Shown: in pieces, positions 51,813 through 62,187 of the stretch
How positions within the stretch are numbered: the stretch's first letter is position 1
Layout: each line of letters opens with the position of its first letter
DNA from: Actinomycetota bacterium
Lineage (GTDB): Bacteria > Actinomycetota > Acidimicrobiia > Acidimicrobiales > Ilumatobacteraceae
DNA: 64,000 bases
Direction: 5' to 3'
Assembly: GCA_009703125.1 (NCBI GenBank)
Contig: WLGS01000001.1
Coordinates: 29,860-93,859, forward strand
Notes under the pieces: generated by a model
Told to the model about the DNA's origin: nothing
What the model saw: only the letters and a program-made list of their open reading frames with translations
The model's database searches: none
Made by a program: the position numbers and the translations under genes

Positions 51813-53447
51813 ATGAAAACGTCAAAAATTTTTGGAAACTTGGGGCTCGTCCTGACTTTGGTGTCCTCTGTTGCGCTCATGTCTCAGCAAGTTCGGGCCG
51901 ACGGAACCACCTGGACTGCACGTACTGCAACTGAGGCAAACACTTGGAATTCCGTGACGTTCGGAAACGGCACCTTCGTCGCCGTGAGTAGCAATGGAAC
52001 AAACCGTGTAATGACAAGTACAGATGGCATCACCTGGACCGCCCGCAGTGCACCGGCAAGCGTCTGGACTTCGGTGACCTATGGAAATGGTCTCTTCGTC
52101 GCGGTGGCAGCTATCGGGACTGACCGAATTATGACCAGTCCCGATGGTGTCACTTGGACTCCGCGAGGATCAACCACCGACGCCTGGGGAAGCATTGCCT
52201 ACGGAAACAATACGTTTGTCGCGGTGGGAACGGGCCCCACAAACACAGTGATGACGAGTACCGACGGAGTGACGTGGAGTTACCATCCCGCCATCTCAGG
52301 TAATTGGTCGTCTGTCGCTTGGGGAAATAACAAGTTTGTCGCCATCTCCAATACCGGGGGAGCTAGCAACAGAGTGATGACCAGTGCCGACGGAGTGACC
52401 TGGGCTTACGCACAATCGACTCATAACGGAAACTGGAGCGGTATCACGTACGGTAACAATGCGTTTGTAGCTATCGCTTCGAGTCTTGGAAGTGGTTCCG
52501 ACTATGTGATGACAAGTAGCGATGGCGTTACATGGACCCCACGCACCGCTGCAGCCACTAGCGGTTGGACGTCAGTGACATATGGAGGCGGCAAATTTGT
52601 CGCTGTTGCCAACAACGGCACGACTCGCGTGATGACCAGCACAGATGGAATCACATGGGCAGGCCATGCAGCTGCAGAGGCAAGTGCGTGGAAATCAGTG
52701 GCCCACGGCAATGGTCTCTATGTGGCTGTTGCTTCCTTTGGGACGGGTGCACGTGTGATGACCTCGGTATCACTTGTGGCACCCACAACCGCAGCTCCAA
52801 CTACCGCAACAGTGGCACCGGTGCAGGCTGAAGCTATTCCTGGTGTCACTGTCACAGACACCAAGATCTATTCACGCCCACCAGCACGCGTTGCATCATC
52901 CTCTGCAATTACTGTGCTTTCTCGGACACAAAACCGAACATCGGACATCGTTACTCGGACCCCTGCGGTTTGTATTCCCAATGATGATGAACTTGTCTTT
53001 GTTGACACAGGGCGTTGCATCGCAGATGTAGTGAATACAAGGACCCGTCAAGTACTCAGGTCACTGCGCACCACTGTGATTCCATCCGATGTGAGCGAAT
53101 TGAACGTTGGCAATGAAATTGTGACACTGGCTCCGATCTACTTCGCAAATGGATCTTCCACTGTCACAGCAAAAGGACGTGCGACTCTACGGAACTTGAA
53201 AGAGAGAATCTCTGCTGCTGGTTCAGTGTTGGTGGTTGGCCATTCAGGCACACTCAACGGAAACACTCCGGAGAACATTGCATTGTCCCGGAAGCGCGCA
53301 ATTGCAACGGTTGATACTCTTCGAGCCATAAAAGCTGAAGGCCCATTCGCAATTGCAGGAGTGGGTGCAGGTGACCCAGTAGGCAGCGGACGAACAGAAG
53401 CTTCTCAGGCACAGAATCGCCGAGTAGTTGTAGTACTGATTCCTTAG
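51813..53447 (+). CDS. secreted seven-repeat beta-propeller-like protein with C-terminal OmpA/MotB-like peptidoglycan-binding domain
   Basis: Signal peptide MKTSKIFGNLGLVLTLVSSVALMSQQVRA. Seven repeats of ..DG(I/V/T)TW......W.S(V/I).(Y/F/W/H)GN..FVA(V/I)....(V/I)MTS. The C-terminus is APIYFANGSSTV...SRKRA...NRRVVVVL. Confidence 0.75.
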   Translation: MKTSKIFGNLGLVLTLVSSVALMSQQVRADGTTWTARTATEANTWNSVTFGNGTFVAVSSNGTNRVMTSTDGITWTARSAPASVWTSVTYGNGLFVAVAAIGTDRIMTSPDGVTWTPRGSTTDAWGSIAYGNNTFVAVGTGPTNTVMTSTDGVTWSYHPAISGNWSSVAWGNNKFVAISNTGGASNRVMTSADGVTWAYAQSTHNGNWSGITYGNNAFVAIASSLGSGSDYVMTSSDGVTWTPRTAAATSGWTSVTYGGGKFVAVANNGTTRVMTSTDGITWAGHAAAEASAWKSVAHGNGLYVAVASFGTGARVMTSVSLVAPTTAAPTTATVAPVQAEAIPGVTVTDTKIYSRPPARVASSSAITVLSRTQNRTSDIVTRTPAVCIPNDDELVFVDTGRCIADVVNTRTRQVLRSLRTTVIPSDVSELNVGNEIVTLAPIYFANGSSTVTAKGRATLRNLKERISAAGSVLVVGHSGTLNGNTPENIALSRKRAIATVDTLRAIKAEGPFAIAGVGAGDPVGSGRTEASQAQNRRVVVVLIP

Positions 53448-53470
53448 GCAAACATCAAGAACACATAATG

Positions 53471-53500
53471 AAATGGCCGCGGATACATCCGCGGCCATTT
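53471..53500. terminator. strong bidirectional intrinsic terminator hairpin
   Basis: AAATGGCCGCGGAT / ATCCGCGGCCATTT form perfect 14-nt inverted arms with a 2-nt centre. A T-rich tract (CTCGTTTCGT) follows on the + strand. The hairpin lies between convergent genes. Confidence 0.7.
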
Positions 53501-53539
53501 CTCGTTTCGTCAATTAATTTGATGTTTCAGGCTAGTTGA

Positions 53540-54754
53540 TTACTCGATGCGTAGGCCAGAAATTGCACGGGCAATCACCAGCTGCTGAATCTCTGAAGTT
53601 CCTTCGAAGATGGTGTGAATCTTTGCATCGCGGTGCATGCGCTCTACGTGGTACTCACGTGTGTACCCATAGCCACCAAGAATCTGAATGGCCTCTTCGG
53701 TGACACGCACTGCAGTTTCCGATGCGTAGTACTTCGACATTGAACCCTCGGCATTGGTGAAGCCACCGTTGCGACCCAACCAAGATGCACGCCAGATCAA
53801 CAAACGTGCTGCATCAATTTGAGTAATCATGTTGGCCAACTTGAACGCAATCGCTTGGTTCATGATGATGGGCTTACCGAATGCGGTGCGCTCTTTGGCA
53901 TAATCCAATGCAATTTCATACGCTGCGCGTGCAACACCAAGTGCTTGTGCACCTACTGCGGGACGAGTGGATTCGAATGTCTTCATTGCAGGCTGTGCTT
54001 CGCCGGTCTTGCCCATATCGCGAGCGCGCGCAAGTTTTGCATCAAGCTTTTCCTTGCCGCCCAGCAAACAATGACCTGGGATACGTACGTCATCCAACAC
54101 CACTTCTGAGGTGTGCGATGCACGAATGCCGTGCTTCAGATACTTCTGGCCCTGGCTGCAACCCTTTGTGTTAGGCGGAATGATGAAGGAAGCCTGACCA
54201 CGACCTTTGAGTGCAGGATCAACTGCTGCCACCACAACGTGCACGTTTGCGATGCCACCGTTGGTGATCCATGCCTTTGTTCCGTTCAATACCCATTCAT
54301 CTTTTACTTCGTCGTAAACGGCACGTGTGCGCAACGACGACACGTCAGAGCCAGCATCGGGTTCTGACACACAGAATGCACCAAGCTTCACGTCATTTGC
54401 ATCGCCGTAACACTGTGGCACCCATTCCATGACTTGCTCAGGTGTGCCGTTTCCTGCAATGCCAGCTGCTGCCAAACCAGAACCCATAATCGCCATACCA
54501 ATTCCGGCATCGCCCCAGAACAACTCTTCAATGGTGACAGGCATTGTCAAACCAGTGGGGTCTGACATGTTGTTCATCAAGAACTCCCAGCCGTACATGC
54601 CAATCTTTGCGGCCTCTTGCACGATGGGCCAAGGGAACTCTTCGCGCTCGTCCCATTCAATTGCGTTGGGTCGAATCACATCTTTTGCAAACTGGTGCAC
54701 CCAGTCTTTGATTTGCAATTGGTCATCATTGAGGTGGAGGGAAAATTCAGCCAT
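53540..54754 (-). CDS. acyl-CoA dehydrogenase
   Basis: Typical ACAD pattern (FCVSEPDAGSDVSSLRT, AWITNGG, YTREYHVERMHRDAKIHTIFEGTSEIQ). Confidence 0.9.
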   Translation of the reverse strand: MAEFSLHLNDDQLQIKDWVHQFAKDVIRPNAIEWDEREEFPWPIVQEAAKIGMYGWEFLMNNMSDPTGLTMPVTIEELFWGDAGIGMAIMGSGLAAAGIAGNGTPEQVMEWVPQCYGDANDVKLGAFCVSEPDAGSDVSSLRTRAVYDEVKDEWVLNGTKAWITNGGIANVHVVVAAVDPALKGRGQASFIIPPNTKGCSQGQKYLKHGIRASHTSEVVLDDVRIPGHCLLGGKEKLDAKLARARDMGKTGEAQPAMKTFESTRPAVGAQALGVARAAYEIALDYAKERTAFGKPIIMNQAIAFKLANMITQIDAARLLIWRASWLGRNGGFTNAEGSMSKYYASETAVRVTEEAIQILGGYGYTREYHVERMHRDAKIHTIFEGTSEIQQLVIARAISGLRIE

Positions 54755-54815
54755 GCCCCAAACTTACTTGGGGGTAACCCGAGTTACACAACCTCGGGAG
54801 AGTGACCTGTGTTCG

Positions 54816-55994
54816 CTATGACTGTGGCGCAATGCGGGCTGAAGACGTCACTGGCCACACAGCAATAAGGGCCACGAAGAACAGCACCCCACCGATTACA
54901 TAGGGTGTTCCTGCATTCACTCCGTCGAAAAGGAGACCTGCGGTAATTGGGCCGGCAATACGGGCAAATGCGCCCACACTTTGCTGGTATCCCAAAGCTT
55001 CACCACGGCGATCTGGTGGTGCAGCTTCCGTGACGAGTGCGGTGGTGGAAGGGGTGGCGATGCCTTGGCCAAATGCCAGCAAGAACAGAGCCAAGAACAA
55101 CATCGGCCACACAGTGCTAGCTGCCAGCACGAATAAACCAAGCCCCACAATCACGAGTCCCGCGCGCAACATTTTGCGTGAACCCCATGTAGATGTCATG
55201 CGACCAATCAACAAACCTTGCACTGCCACCAAGATGACACCCACAAACAAGAACACCAATGCAGTGGAACCTTCGGTGAGATCAAAACGTTCGCGACCAA
55301 ACAGCGAGAATGTTGCTTCGAAACCAGAGAATGCAAGTGTTGCAAGAAATGACACTGCAGCGAAACGCACGAGAACTGGTGAACGCGGGCCTGCAGGCAA
55401 CGAAGAAGTCTCGCTGGGGGCAGGAGTTGTCTTTGTTTCTGGCAAGCGGATGTAGGCCGCAACTGCATTGATGGCGGCCAATGTTCCCGCAAGATAGAAC
55501 GGCACATGAGGTCCACCTAGCGAGGCAAGTCCACCAATGGCGGGTCCCAGAACAAACCCGAGACCAAAGGCTGCACCCAACATGCCCATAAGTCGTGCAC
55601 GTTGTTCAGGCGGTGCGATATCTGCAACTGCACCTTGGGCTACCGCAATGCTTGCGCCCGATGCACCATCAAGAAAGCGTCCGAGGAACAACACCCACAA
55701 TGCACCAGCGGCGCCAGTGATGAAACTGCCTACCGATGAACCCACCAACGCAATGATGATCACTGGTTTTCGTCCGATGCGATCGGAGAGCTTTCCGAGA
55801 ACCGGCGAAAACATCATCTGTGCAACGGAAAACGATGCGAAGAGCAACCCGACTTCGAGGCCACCTGCACCAAAGCGCTCTGCATAGCGACCCAGAATCG
55901 GCACGATCATGCCGAAGCCAATGAGGTCTAGGGCAACAGTTGTCCAGATGACCCAATACCCAGCCGGAGTAGGCGGGCGCTCTTTCTTAGCCAC
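54816..55994 (-). CDS. MFS transporter (TCR/tetracycline-efflux-like subfamily)
   Basis: 12 TM helices with MFS motif A-like GKLSDRIGRKPV. The start overlaps the cysS stop by 8 nt. Confidence 0.8.
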   Translation of the reverse strand: MAKKERPPTPAGYWVIWTTVALDLIGFGMIVPILGRYAERFGAGGLEVGLLFASFSVAQMMFSPVLGKLSDRIGRKPVIIIALVGSSVGSFITGAAGALWVLFLGRFLDGASGASIAVAQGAVADIAPPEQRARLMGMLGAAFGLGFVLGPAIGGLASLGGPHVPFYLAGTLAAINAVAAYIRLPETKTTPAPSETSSLPAGPRSPVLVRFAAVSFLATLAFSGFEATFSLFGRERFDLTEGSTALVFLFVGVILVAVQGLLIGRMTSTWGSRKMLRAGLVIVGLGLFVLAASTVWPMLFLALFLLAFGQGIATPSTTALVTEAAPPDRRGEALGYQQSVGAFARIAGPITAGLLFDGVNAGTPYVIGGVLFFVALIAVWPVTSSARIAPQS

Positions 55995-57348
55995 GTCGGA
56001 TGCGCGTCCCCTCTTTGGAGGTTTCCACTACATAACCCAACGATTGCAACTCATCACGAATTGCGTCAGCTGTTGCGAAATCTTTTGCAGCACGCGCAGC
56101 ATCAAGTGCAACGCCCTTGGCAGCAATATCTGCATCAATATCTTGACCGCCAGATAATTCAATTCCTACGGCCACGGTCATCTCTAACACTGCTGCACGA
56201 AGTGCCGATGCAGTTGCTACATCGCCCGCATCAACAGCACTATTTGCACGACGCACCGCATCAAAAATCAATGCCATTGCAGCAGGCGTATCGAGGTCGT
56301 TATCCATTGCTGCACAAAAACGTTCCACTGTCTCTACATCTGCAGCCGATGAGTCAATGCGTGATGTACGTGCAATGAATCCATCTAGGCCGCCAAGAGC
56401 ACTAACAGCTGCGTCGATGTTGTCTTGTCCGACGCGAATAGGTGAACGGTAATGAGTCTGCAACAACAACATGCGATATGCACGAGGGTCATATTGATCC
56501 AAAAGATCAAGCAGGTTCAATACGTTGCCCAAACTCTTTGACATTTTTTCGCCTTCGGTATCCACTACAAATCCGTTGTGCATCCAATGATTGGCAAATG
56601 TTTTTCCTAACGCCACAGCTTGCGCGCGTTCGTTTTCATGATGCGGGAAGCGAAGATCAGCGCCGCCACAGTGAAGATCGAAACCTTCACCCAATAACTC
56701 AAGACTCATCACTACACATTCACTGTGCCAACCGGGACGTCCCGCACCCCACGGAGAATCCCAGGATGGTTCATCGGGTTTGCTGAATTTCCACAATGCA
56801 AAATCTGCAGGGTGCTTTTTGTTCTCCGCGCCCAACACCTCACGGTCTCCCCCGCCCGACATCATCTCGTCCAAGCTTTGGTGTGCGAGTAATCCGTAAT
56901 CAGGAACTGCGGGCACGTGTAGATACACGCCATCGTCGGTGACATAGGCGGCATCACGGTCAATCAATGTGGCAATCATTGTCACCATCGCATCCACATA
57001 TTCAGTGGCATGGGGAACATCAGTCGGACGCAGAACTCCCAAGCGAGACATGGCATCGAACCAGACGTTCTCGCATTTGTGCGTGATTTCCGTCCAAGGT
57101 CGACCCTCGCGATTGGCGCGGTCGATGATCTTGTCGTCGATGTCGGTGATGTTGGAGGCCAAGCGCACATCTAGCCCTCTATAGGAGAGGTAACGACGCA
57201 AAATGTCGTAGACCACCGTGGCTCGCCCATGGCCCAAATGCGGTGGGCCATACACCGTGGGGCCACACAGGTAGATGCTGACGCGCCCAGGCTCCCGTAA
57301 AGCCAGGGGTTTGACGCTGCGAGTGGCGGTGTCATAGAGGTTCAGCAC
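55987..57348 (-). CDS. cysS: cysteine--tRNA ligase
   Basis: N-terminus LYDTATRSVKPL...YLCGPTVYGPPHLGHGR (HIGH), NITDIDDKII, KMSKSLGN and the C-terminal ADAIRDELQSLGY motif. The length and CGPTVY motif favour CysS over MshC. Confidence 0.9.
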   Translation of the reverse strand: MLNLYDTATRSVKPLALREPGRVSIYLCGPTVYGPPHLGHGRATVVYDILRRYLSYRGLDVRLASNITDIDDKIIDRANREGRPWTEITHKCENVWFDAMSRLGVLRPTDVPHATEYVDAMVTMIATLIDRDAAYVTDDGVYLHVPAVPDYGLLAHQSLDEMMSGGGDREVLGAENKKHPADFALWKFSKPDEPSWDSPWGAGRPGWHSECVVMSLELLGEGFDLHCGGADLRFPHHENERAQAVALGKTFANHWMHNGFVVDTEGEKMSKSLGNVLNLLDLLDQYDPRAYRMLLLQTHYRSPIRVGQDNIDAAVSALGGLDGFIARTSRIDSSAADVETVERFCAAMDNDLDTPAAMALIFDAVRRANSAVDAGDVATASALRAAVLEMTVAVGIELSGGQDIDADIAAKGVALDAARAAKDFATADAIRDELQSLGYVVETSKEGTRIRRG

Positions 57349-57374
57349 TCTGTCAAGCCTACGATTTAACTTCT

Positions 57375-59948
57375 ATGTCCACTGTCCCCGAAAAGCCCTC
57401 CCTGATCGACATTGAGCCCAAATGGATGGCCATGTGGGACCAGTGGGGCACAAATACCTTCGATCGCACAATTTCTCGGGCAGAAGTCTTTGCCATCGAC
57501 ACACCACCGCCCACAGTGAGCGGTTCCCTGCACATGGGCCATGTGTTCTCCTACACCCATACCGACACCATCGCTCGCTACTGGCGCATGCGCGGCAAGA
57601 GCGTTTTCTATCCCATGGGCTGGGACGACAATGGCTTGCCTACCGAGCGACGCGTGCAGAACTATTTCGGAGTTTCCTGTGACCCCTCCGTTCCGTACCA
57701 AAAAGATTTAGTGCCACCATTTCGTGGGGACCCACCTAAGGACCACAAACCCATTCCCGTTTCTCGTCCTAACTTCATCGAGCTGTGTGAAGAACTCACT
57801 GCAGAAGACGAGAAAGTTTTTGAAGATCTTTTCCGTCGTTTAGGACTCTCGGTTGACTGGACACTTTTGTACGCAACCATTGATGAGCGTTCACGCCGTG
57901 CAAGCCAACGTGCATTTCTTCGCAACTTGTCACGCAACGAGGCCTACACACAAGAAGCTCCCACGTTGTGGGATGTTGATTTCAAAACCGCTGTCGCACA
58001 AGCCGAACTAGAAGATCGCGAGCGCCCTGGTGCGTATCACACACTTGCTTTTCATCGCACAGACGGCAATGGCGACATCTTGATTGACACGACGCGCCCC
58101 GAACTACTTGGTGCATGTGTAGCCCTCATTGCACACCCAGAAGATGAGCGATACATCCCGCTGTTTGGTTCCACTGTGCGCACACCATTGTTCAATGTGG
58201 AAGTACCGGTTCTTGCACATGCACTTGCACAACCCGACAAGGGCACAGGTATTGCAATGTGTTGCACCTTTGGCGATCTCACCGACGTGATTTGGTGGCG
58301 CGAATTGCAACTACCTACGCGTGCGATTATTGGTCGCGATGGTCGCATCATTGCCGATGCACCTGCAGAGATCACAGACGAGGCTGGTCGTGCCCATTAC
58401 GCCTCGCTCGTGGGCAAATCTGCCAAGCAAGCACAAACTGCAATCGCTGAATTACTGAGTCAATCCGGGGAAATGATCGGTGAGCCACGGCCCATCTCGC
58501 ATCCCGTGAAGTTCTATGAAAAAGGTGATCGACCTTTAGAAATTGTGACAAGCCGACAGTGGTACATCCGCAACGGTGGACGCGATCACGCACTGCGTGA
58601 CGAGTTATTGCAGCGTGGTGATGGACTCACATGGCATCCCGATCACATGCGTCATCGCTATTCAAATTGGGTTGAGGGACTCAACGGTGACTGGCTGGTC
58701 AGCCGCCAGCGTTACTTCGGCGTACCGGTGCCGGTGTGGTACCCACTCACCACAACTGGCGATGTTGACTACGACAATCCACTTGTTCCCGAAGAGTCAC
58801 AGTTACCCATCGACCCAAGCACTGATGTTCCTGCGGGCTACACCGCAGCACAACGTGATATCCCCGGCGGATTTACAGGCGACCCCGACGTGATGGACAC
58901 ATGGGCAACGTCATCTCTCACGCCGCAGATTTCTGCGCAATGGGAAGACAACCCGGACATGTTCGGCCGCGTATTCCCTTTTGATCTGCGACCACAAGGG
59001 CACGACATTATTCGCACATGGCTGTTCTCCACCATGGTGCGTAGCCACTTTGAACACGGTTGTGCGCCATGGTCGAACGCAGCGTTGTCGGGTTGGATTC
59101 TTGACCCAGATCGCAAGAAAATGTCGAAGTCAAAAGGCAACGTTGTGACCCCGATTGATTTGTTTGAGTCCTACGGAAGTGATGCGGTGCGCTATTGGGC
59201 AGCGGGTGCACGCCCCGGAATTGACACTGCATTTAGCGAAGACCAAATGAAAGTGGGTCGCAAGCTTGCGACCAAGTTGTTGAACGCAAGCAAGTTCGTG
59301 TTGGGCTTTGGCGATGCAGACATCACTATTGCCCCCACACATGCAGTGGATCAGGCAATGCTGCAACGTCTTGCCGATGTCGTCGATGAAGCAACAAAAG
59401 CATTTGAGTCCTACGACTATGCGCGTGCCTTAGAGCGCACAGAATCATTTTTCTGGTGGTTCTGTGATGACTATGTAGAACTGGTCAAGACGCGTGCATA
59501 CGCCACCCACGGAGAAGAAGGTGCGCTGTCTGCTCGCGTTGCCCTGCGACGTGCACTGTCCGCGCTGCATTGCCTCTTTGCTCCGATCTTGCCGTTTGTG
59601 ACCGAAGAAGTATGGAGCTGGTGGCAAGAAGGTTCGGTGCATCGCGCTCCGTGGCCACAACGCAACGAACTACATGACACGGGATTCGCTGTGCACCCCG
59701 ACAGTTTCTTGGATCCTGTGTGCGTCACCTTGGGCGAGATACGTCGTGCAAAGACAGAAGCCAAGGTGAGCCAACGTGCCGTGGTGAGCAATGTTGTGGT
59801 CACAGGTTCCGAGGGCGCAATTAGCTCCATTACAGATGCATGGGCAGATATTGCCGATGCGGGATCTGTGCAGACTTGGTCGTCCCAGATTGACGAGAGC
59901 CGCACGGAACCTGCGGTGCAGGTCACACTGGCGCCTGCGGAACAATAA
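57375..59948 (+). CDS. valS: valine--tRNA ligase (actinobacterial/archaeal-type)
   Basis: PPPTVSGSLHMGHVFSYTHTDTIARYWRMRG (HIGH-type), GWDDNGLPTE and KMSKSKGN; 857 aa. Confidence 0.9.
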   Translation: MSTVPEKPSLIDIEPKWMAMWDQWGTNTFDRTISRAEVFAIDTPPPTVSGSLHMGHVFSYTHTDTIARYWRMRGKSVFYPMGWDDNGLPTERRVQNYFGVSCDPSVPYQKDLVPPFRGDPPKDHKPIPVSRPNFIELCEELTAEDEKVFEDLFRRLGLSVDWTLLYATIDERSRRASQRAFLRNLSRNEAYTQEAPTLWDVDFKTAVAQAELEDRERPGAYHTLAFHRTDGNGDILIDTTRPELLGACVALIAHPEDERYIPLFGSTVRTPLFNVEVPVLAHALAQPDKGTGIAMCCTFGDLTDVIWWRELQLPTRAIIGRDGRIIADAPAEITDEAGRAHYASLVGKSAKQAQTAIAELLSQSGEMIGEPRPISHPVKFYEKGDRPLEIVTSRQWYIRNGGRDHALRDELLQRGDGLTWHPDHMRHRYSNWVEGLNGDWLVSRQRYFGVPVPVWYPLTTTGDVDYDNPLVPEESQLPIDPSTDVPAGYTAAQRDIPGGFTGDPDVMDTWATSSLTPQISAQWEDNPDMFGRVFPFDLRPQGHDIIRTWLFSTMVRSHFEHGCAPWSNAALSGWILDPDRKKMSKSKGNVVTPIDLFESYGSDAVRYWAAGARPGIDTAFSEDQMKVGRKLATKLLNASKFVLGFGDADITIAPTHAVDQAMLQRLADVVDEATKAFESYDYARALERTESFFWWFCDDYVELVKTRAYATHGEEGALSARVALRRALSALHCLFAPILPFVTEEVWSWWQEGSVHRAPWPQRNELHDTGFAVHPDSFLDPVCVTLGEIRRAKTEAKVSQRAVVSNVVVTGSEGAISSITDAWADIADAGSVQTWSSQIDESRTEPAVQVTLAPAEQ

Positions 59949-60003
59949 TCAGCCCCCAGTGCGACCATTTCTACCCCGCGTCCGCAACTACGGTAGAACA
60001 CGC

Positions 60004-61257
60004 ATGTCCAGCACATCTTCTCGTCCTCGCCACTCGGGCAGATTGCGCATCTTTATCTATTTCAACATTGCACTCTCGGTCATCACGATGGTGGCTGGCG
60101 TGGGATTGGTGTATGCCAACTGGACATTAGGCAATCGGCAAGTGGTCTCCATTGACCCAGTGGGCCAAACCGGTGGCGACCTCAATCTTCCTGTCGGAGA
60201 CTTGCGCGCGAAAAACTTTCTTGTGACTGGTTCCGACAACGCAGATTGTGTGGACCCCAACTCGCGTTATGCAGGTGGCTTCGGAGACCGATCTAACTAC
60301 GGAGAGCGCAGTGACTCCATCATGGTCGTGCGAGTAAACCCCACCGACAATCAAGCTGCCATCTTGTCGTTTCCTCGCGACATGTGGGTAAAACAAGCCG
60401 GCACTGGTCGCAGCAATCGCATCAACACCAACTTTGACAAGCGCAGTCCAAACCAACTCATTCGCACCATCAAAGACAACTTTGGTATCTCTATTGACCA
60501 CTACGTGAACGTGGATTTTTGTGCTTTCTCCGACATTGTCGACGCAGTAGGCGGAGTACGTGTGCCATTTCCTTTCCGTGCCCGCGACACGCGCACCGGA
60601 TTTCGTGTGTTGAAGGAAAATTCGTGTTACTCCTTTGAAGGCGACCATGCGTTGGCTTACTTACGTTCACGTCGATATTCCTGGTACGACCCATCCGTTG
60701 GTAATTGGCAACAAGATGGCACCTCTGACTGGGGCCGCATCAACCGCCAACAAGATTTCCTGAAGAGAATGATTCGCAAATCACTCGACAAGTCTCGAAC
60801 AGATCCACGTGTAGCAGCGGGGATTCTCACCGCGACGCTAAAAAACGTGATTACCGATGACCGTCTCACACCATTGACCGTGTTGCAGTTAGGCCAAGCA
60901 ATGCGAGATTTCAATACAGAAACAATGGGCAACTACACCATGCCTGGTCTTGGTCAACTCATCGATAATGAATCAGTTATTGTCCCTGATTTTGATAGCA
61001 GCACATCTAAAAAGATTCTTGCCGTATTTCAAGGCAAAGCAAGCTTGTCGACAACACTGCCCGACGCAAAACCCGCATCGCTCTCGACCACGAGTGTTCC
61101 AGTGTTACAAGTTGTTGCAGCAGCAATGAGCAACACTGCACAGCCACCGCGTTCCACCACAACAACGTCAACCACAACCACCACTATTCCAAGTGTGGAA
61201 ATTGATCAGTTTCCAAGAGGTGTTGTTCCCCCCGACGACCCCACCTGCCCTTACTAG
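60004..61257 (+). CDS. LCP (LytR-CpsA-Psr) family cell-wall glycopolymer transferase
   Basis: N-terminal TM anchor, then SDSIMVVRVNP...ILSFPRDMWV...DHYVNVDFCAFSDIVDAVGGVRV. Thr-rich C-terminal tail. I prefer the ATG at 60004 because the ORF-track start overlaps valS. Confidence 0.8.
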   Translation: MSSTSSRPRHSGRLRIFIYFNIALSVITMVAGVGLVYANWTLGNRQVVSIDPVGQTGGDLNLPVGDLRAKNFLVTGSDNADCVDPNSRYAGGFGDRSNYGERSDSIMVVRVNPTDNQAAILSFPRDMWVKQAGTGRSNRINTNFDKRSPNQLIRTIKDNFGISIDHYVNVDFCAFSDIVDAVGGVRVPFPFRARDTRTGFRVLKENSCYSFEGDHALAYLRSRRYSWYDPSVGNWQQDGTSDWGRINRQQDFLKRMIRKSLDKSRTDPRVAAGILTATLKNVITDDRLTPLTVLQLGQAMRDFNTETMGNYTMPGLGQLIDNESVIVPDFDSSTSKKILAVFQGKASLSTTLPDAKPASLSTTSVPVLQVVAAAMSNTAQPPRSTTTTSTTTTTIPSVEIDQFPRGVVPPDDPTCPY

Positions 61258-61264
61258 CCTCGCA

Positions 61265-62119
61265 CTACACCGCTTCTAAGGCTTGGGCCAATGCCGACGG
61301 AATGTCGCTTGGTCCACTCACTAACGCCAATCGTGCGCCGACACGCGAGGCGAATGCTTGCGCCTCATCGTGATCATCGTGAGGAGCGATCACAATGAGT
61401 TCATCGAAAGCACGCGCAATGGACTCTGCATCGCCGTCCACGGTTGCGCGACAATCAGAGAGCAATACGGCAATTTGTCGCCCTGCGCGCGAGCGACCAA
61501 GTTGTTGTTTGCCTACGTGCAGTGCACCCGCAAGATCAGTTGTGCCATAGCCACGCAACGTCAAGATGTCGTTGATGACGCGCTCGCTTGATTTAGGGAC
61601 GTCTTGACTCTTCGTCACCACAACATCTTTTCCAAATGCAATCACGCTGTAATCATCTGGGTTGCGACTGGCAACAGCAGCGGCAGCGACCGCGTTAGTG
61701 GCCAATGGTTGACCACCCATTGACCCACTGCGATCTACCAATAAACACAAAGCGGTACCAGGCTTGCGCCAACCTCGCACTCTTAATCTCTCTGGATCAA
61801 TTGCAGAACCCCGACGTGATTCAGCAATGGCATCGAGGCTTGCGTCAATGTCAATGTCACCCGCATCGGGCCTGTAAGGCTGCTCCACCATCTTGCCAAT
61901 ACCACGCGGACGCGTGCGTCCTCGGTTGCCTAGTTCCAGCATCAAGCGTCCAGCCAATCGTTTCGCAAGCTCGCGAAGTTTTGGATCGGTTGCACCTGTT
62001 AAATCTGCAAGCAATCCCAACATTTCATCAGGGCTATTCTGCATGGCTTCGTCAAAAGCAGCTTCATCTAGTTCACCAACTTCTGGCGAGATGTTTTCGA
62101 AGTTTTCATTACGGGACAA
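61265..62119 (-). CDS. VWA domain-containing protein (CoxE-like partner of MoxR ATPase)
   Basis: MIDAS motif LLVDRSGSMGG (D-x-S-x-S), with an N-terminal helical region typical of CoxE-type VWA proteins. Confidence 0.7.
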   Translation of the reverse strand: MSRNENFENISPEVGELDEAAFDEAMQNSPDEMLGLLADLTGATDPKLRELAKRLAGRLMLELGNRGRTRPRGIGKMVEQPYRPDAGDIDIDASLDAIAESRRGSAIDPERLRVRGWRKPGTALCLLVDRSGSMGGQPLATNAVAAAAVASRNPDDYSVIAFGKDVVVTKSQDVPKSSERVINDILTLRGYGTTDLAGALHVGKQQLGRSRAGRQIAVLLSDCRATVDGDAESIARAFDELIVIAPHDDHDEAQAFASRVGARLALVSGPSDIPSALAQALEAV

Positions 62120-62187
62120 ATCACGTCGTGATGTTGTGCGGCGACCCGCCTCGGCGACTGCTTGTTCTGCAGCCTCCCCCTCTTTTG

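Noticed and set aside
59791-60003. N-terminal extension of the LCP ORF overlapping the 3' end of valS.
   Set aside because: The extension has no LCP-like sequence and overlaps valS by about 160 nt. The ATG at 60004 gives the normal short cytoplasmic tail + TM anchor. Similar ORF-track extensions were trimmed at 7383, 9814, 18365, 24019, 51750 and 63183.
59471-60016. 181-aa minus-strand ORF (and 57366..57701, 58052..58375).
   Set aside because: These are antisense to valS and have no motifs.
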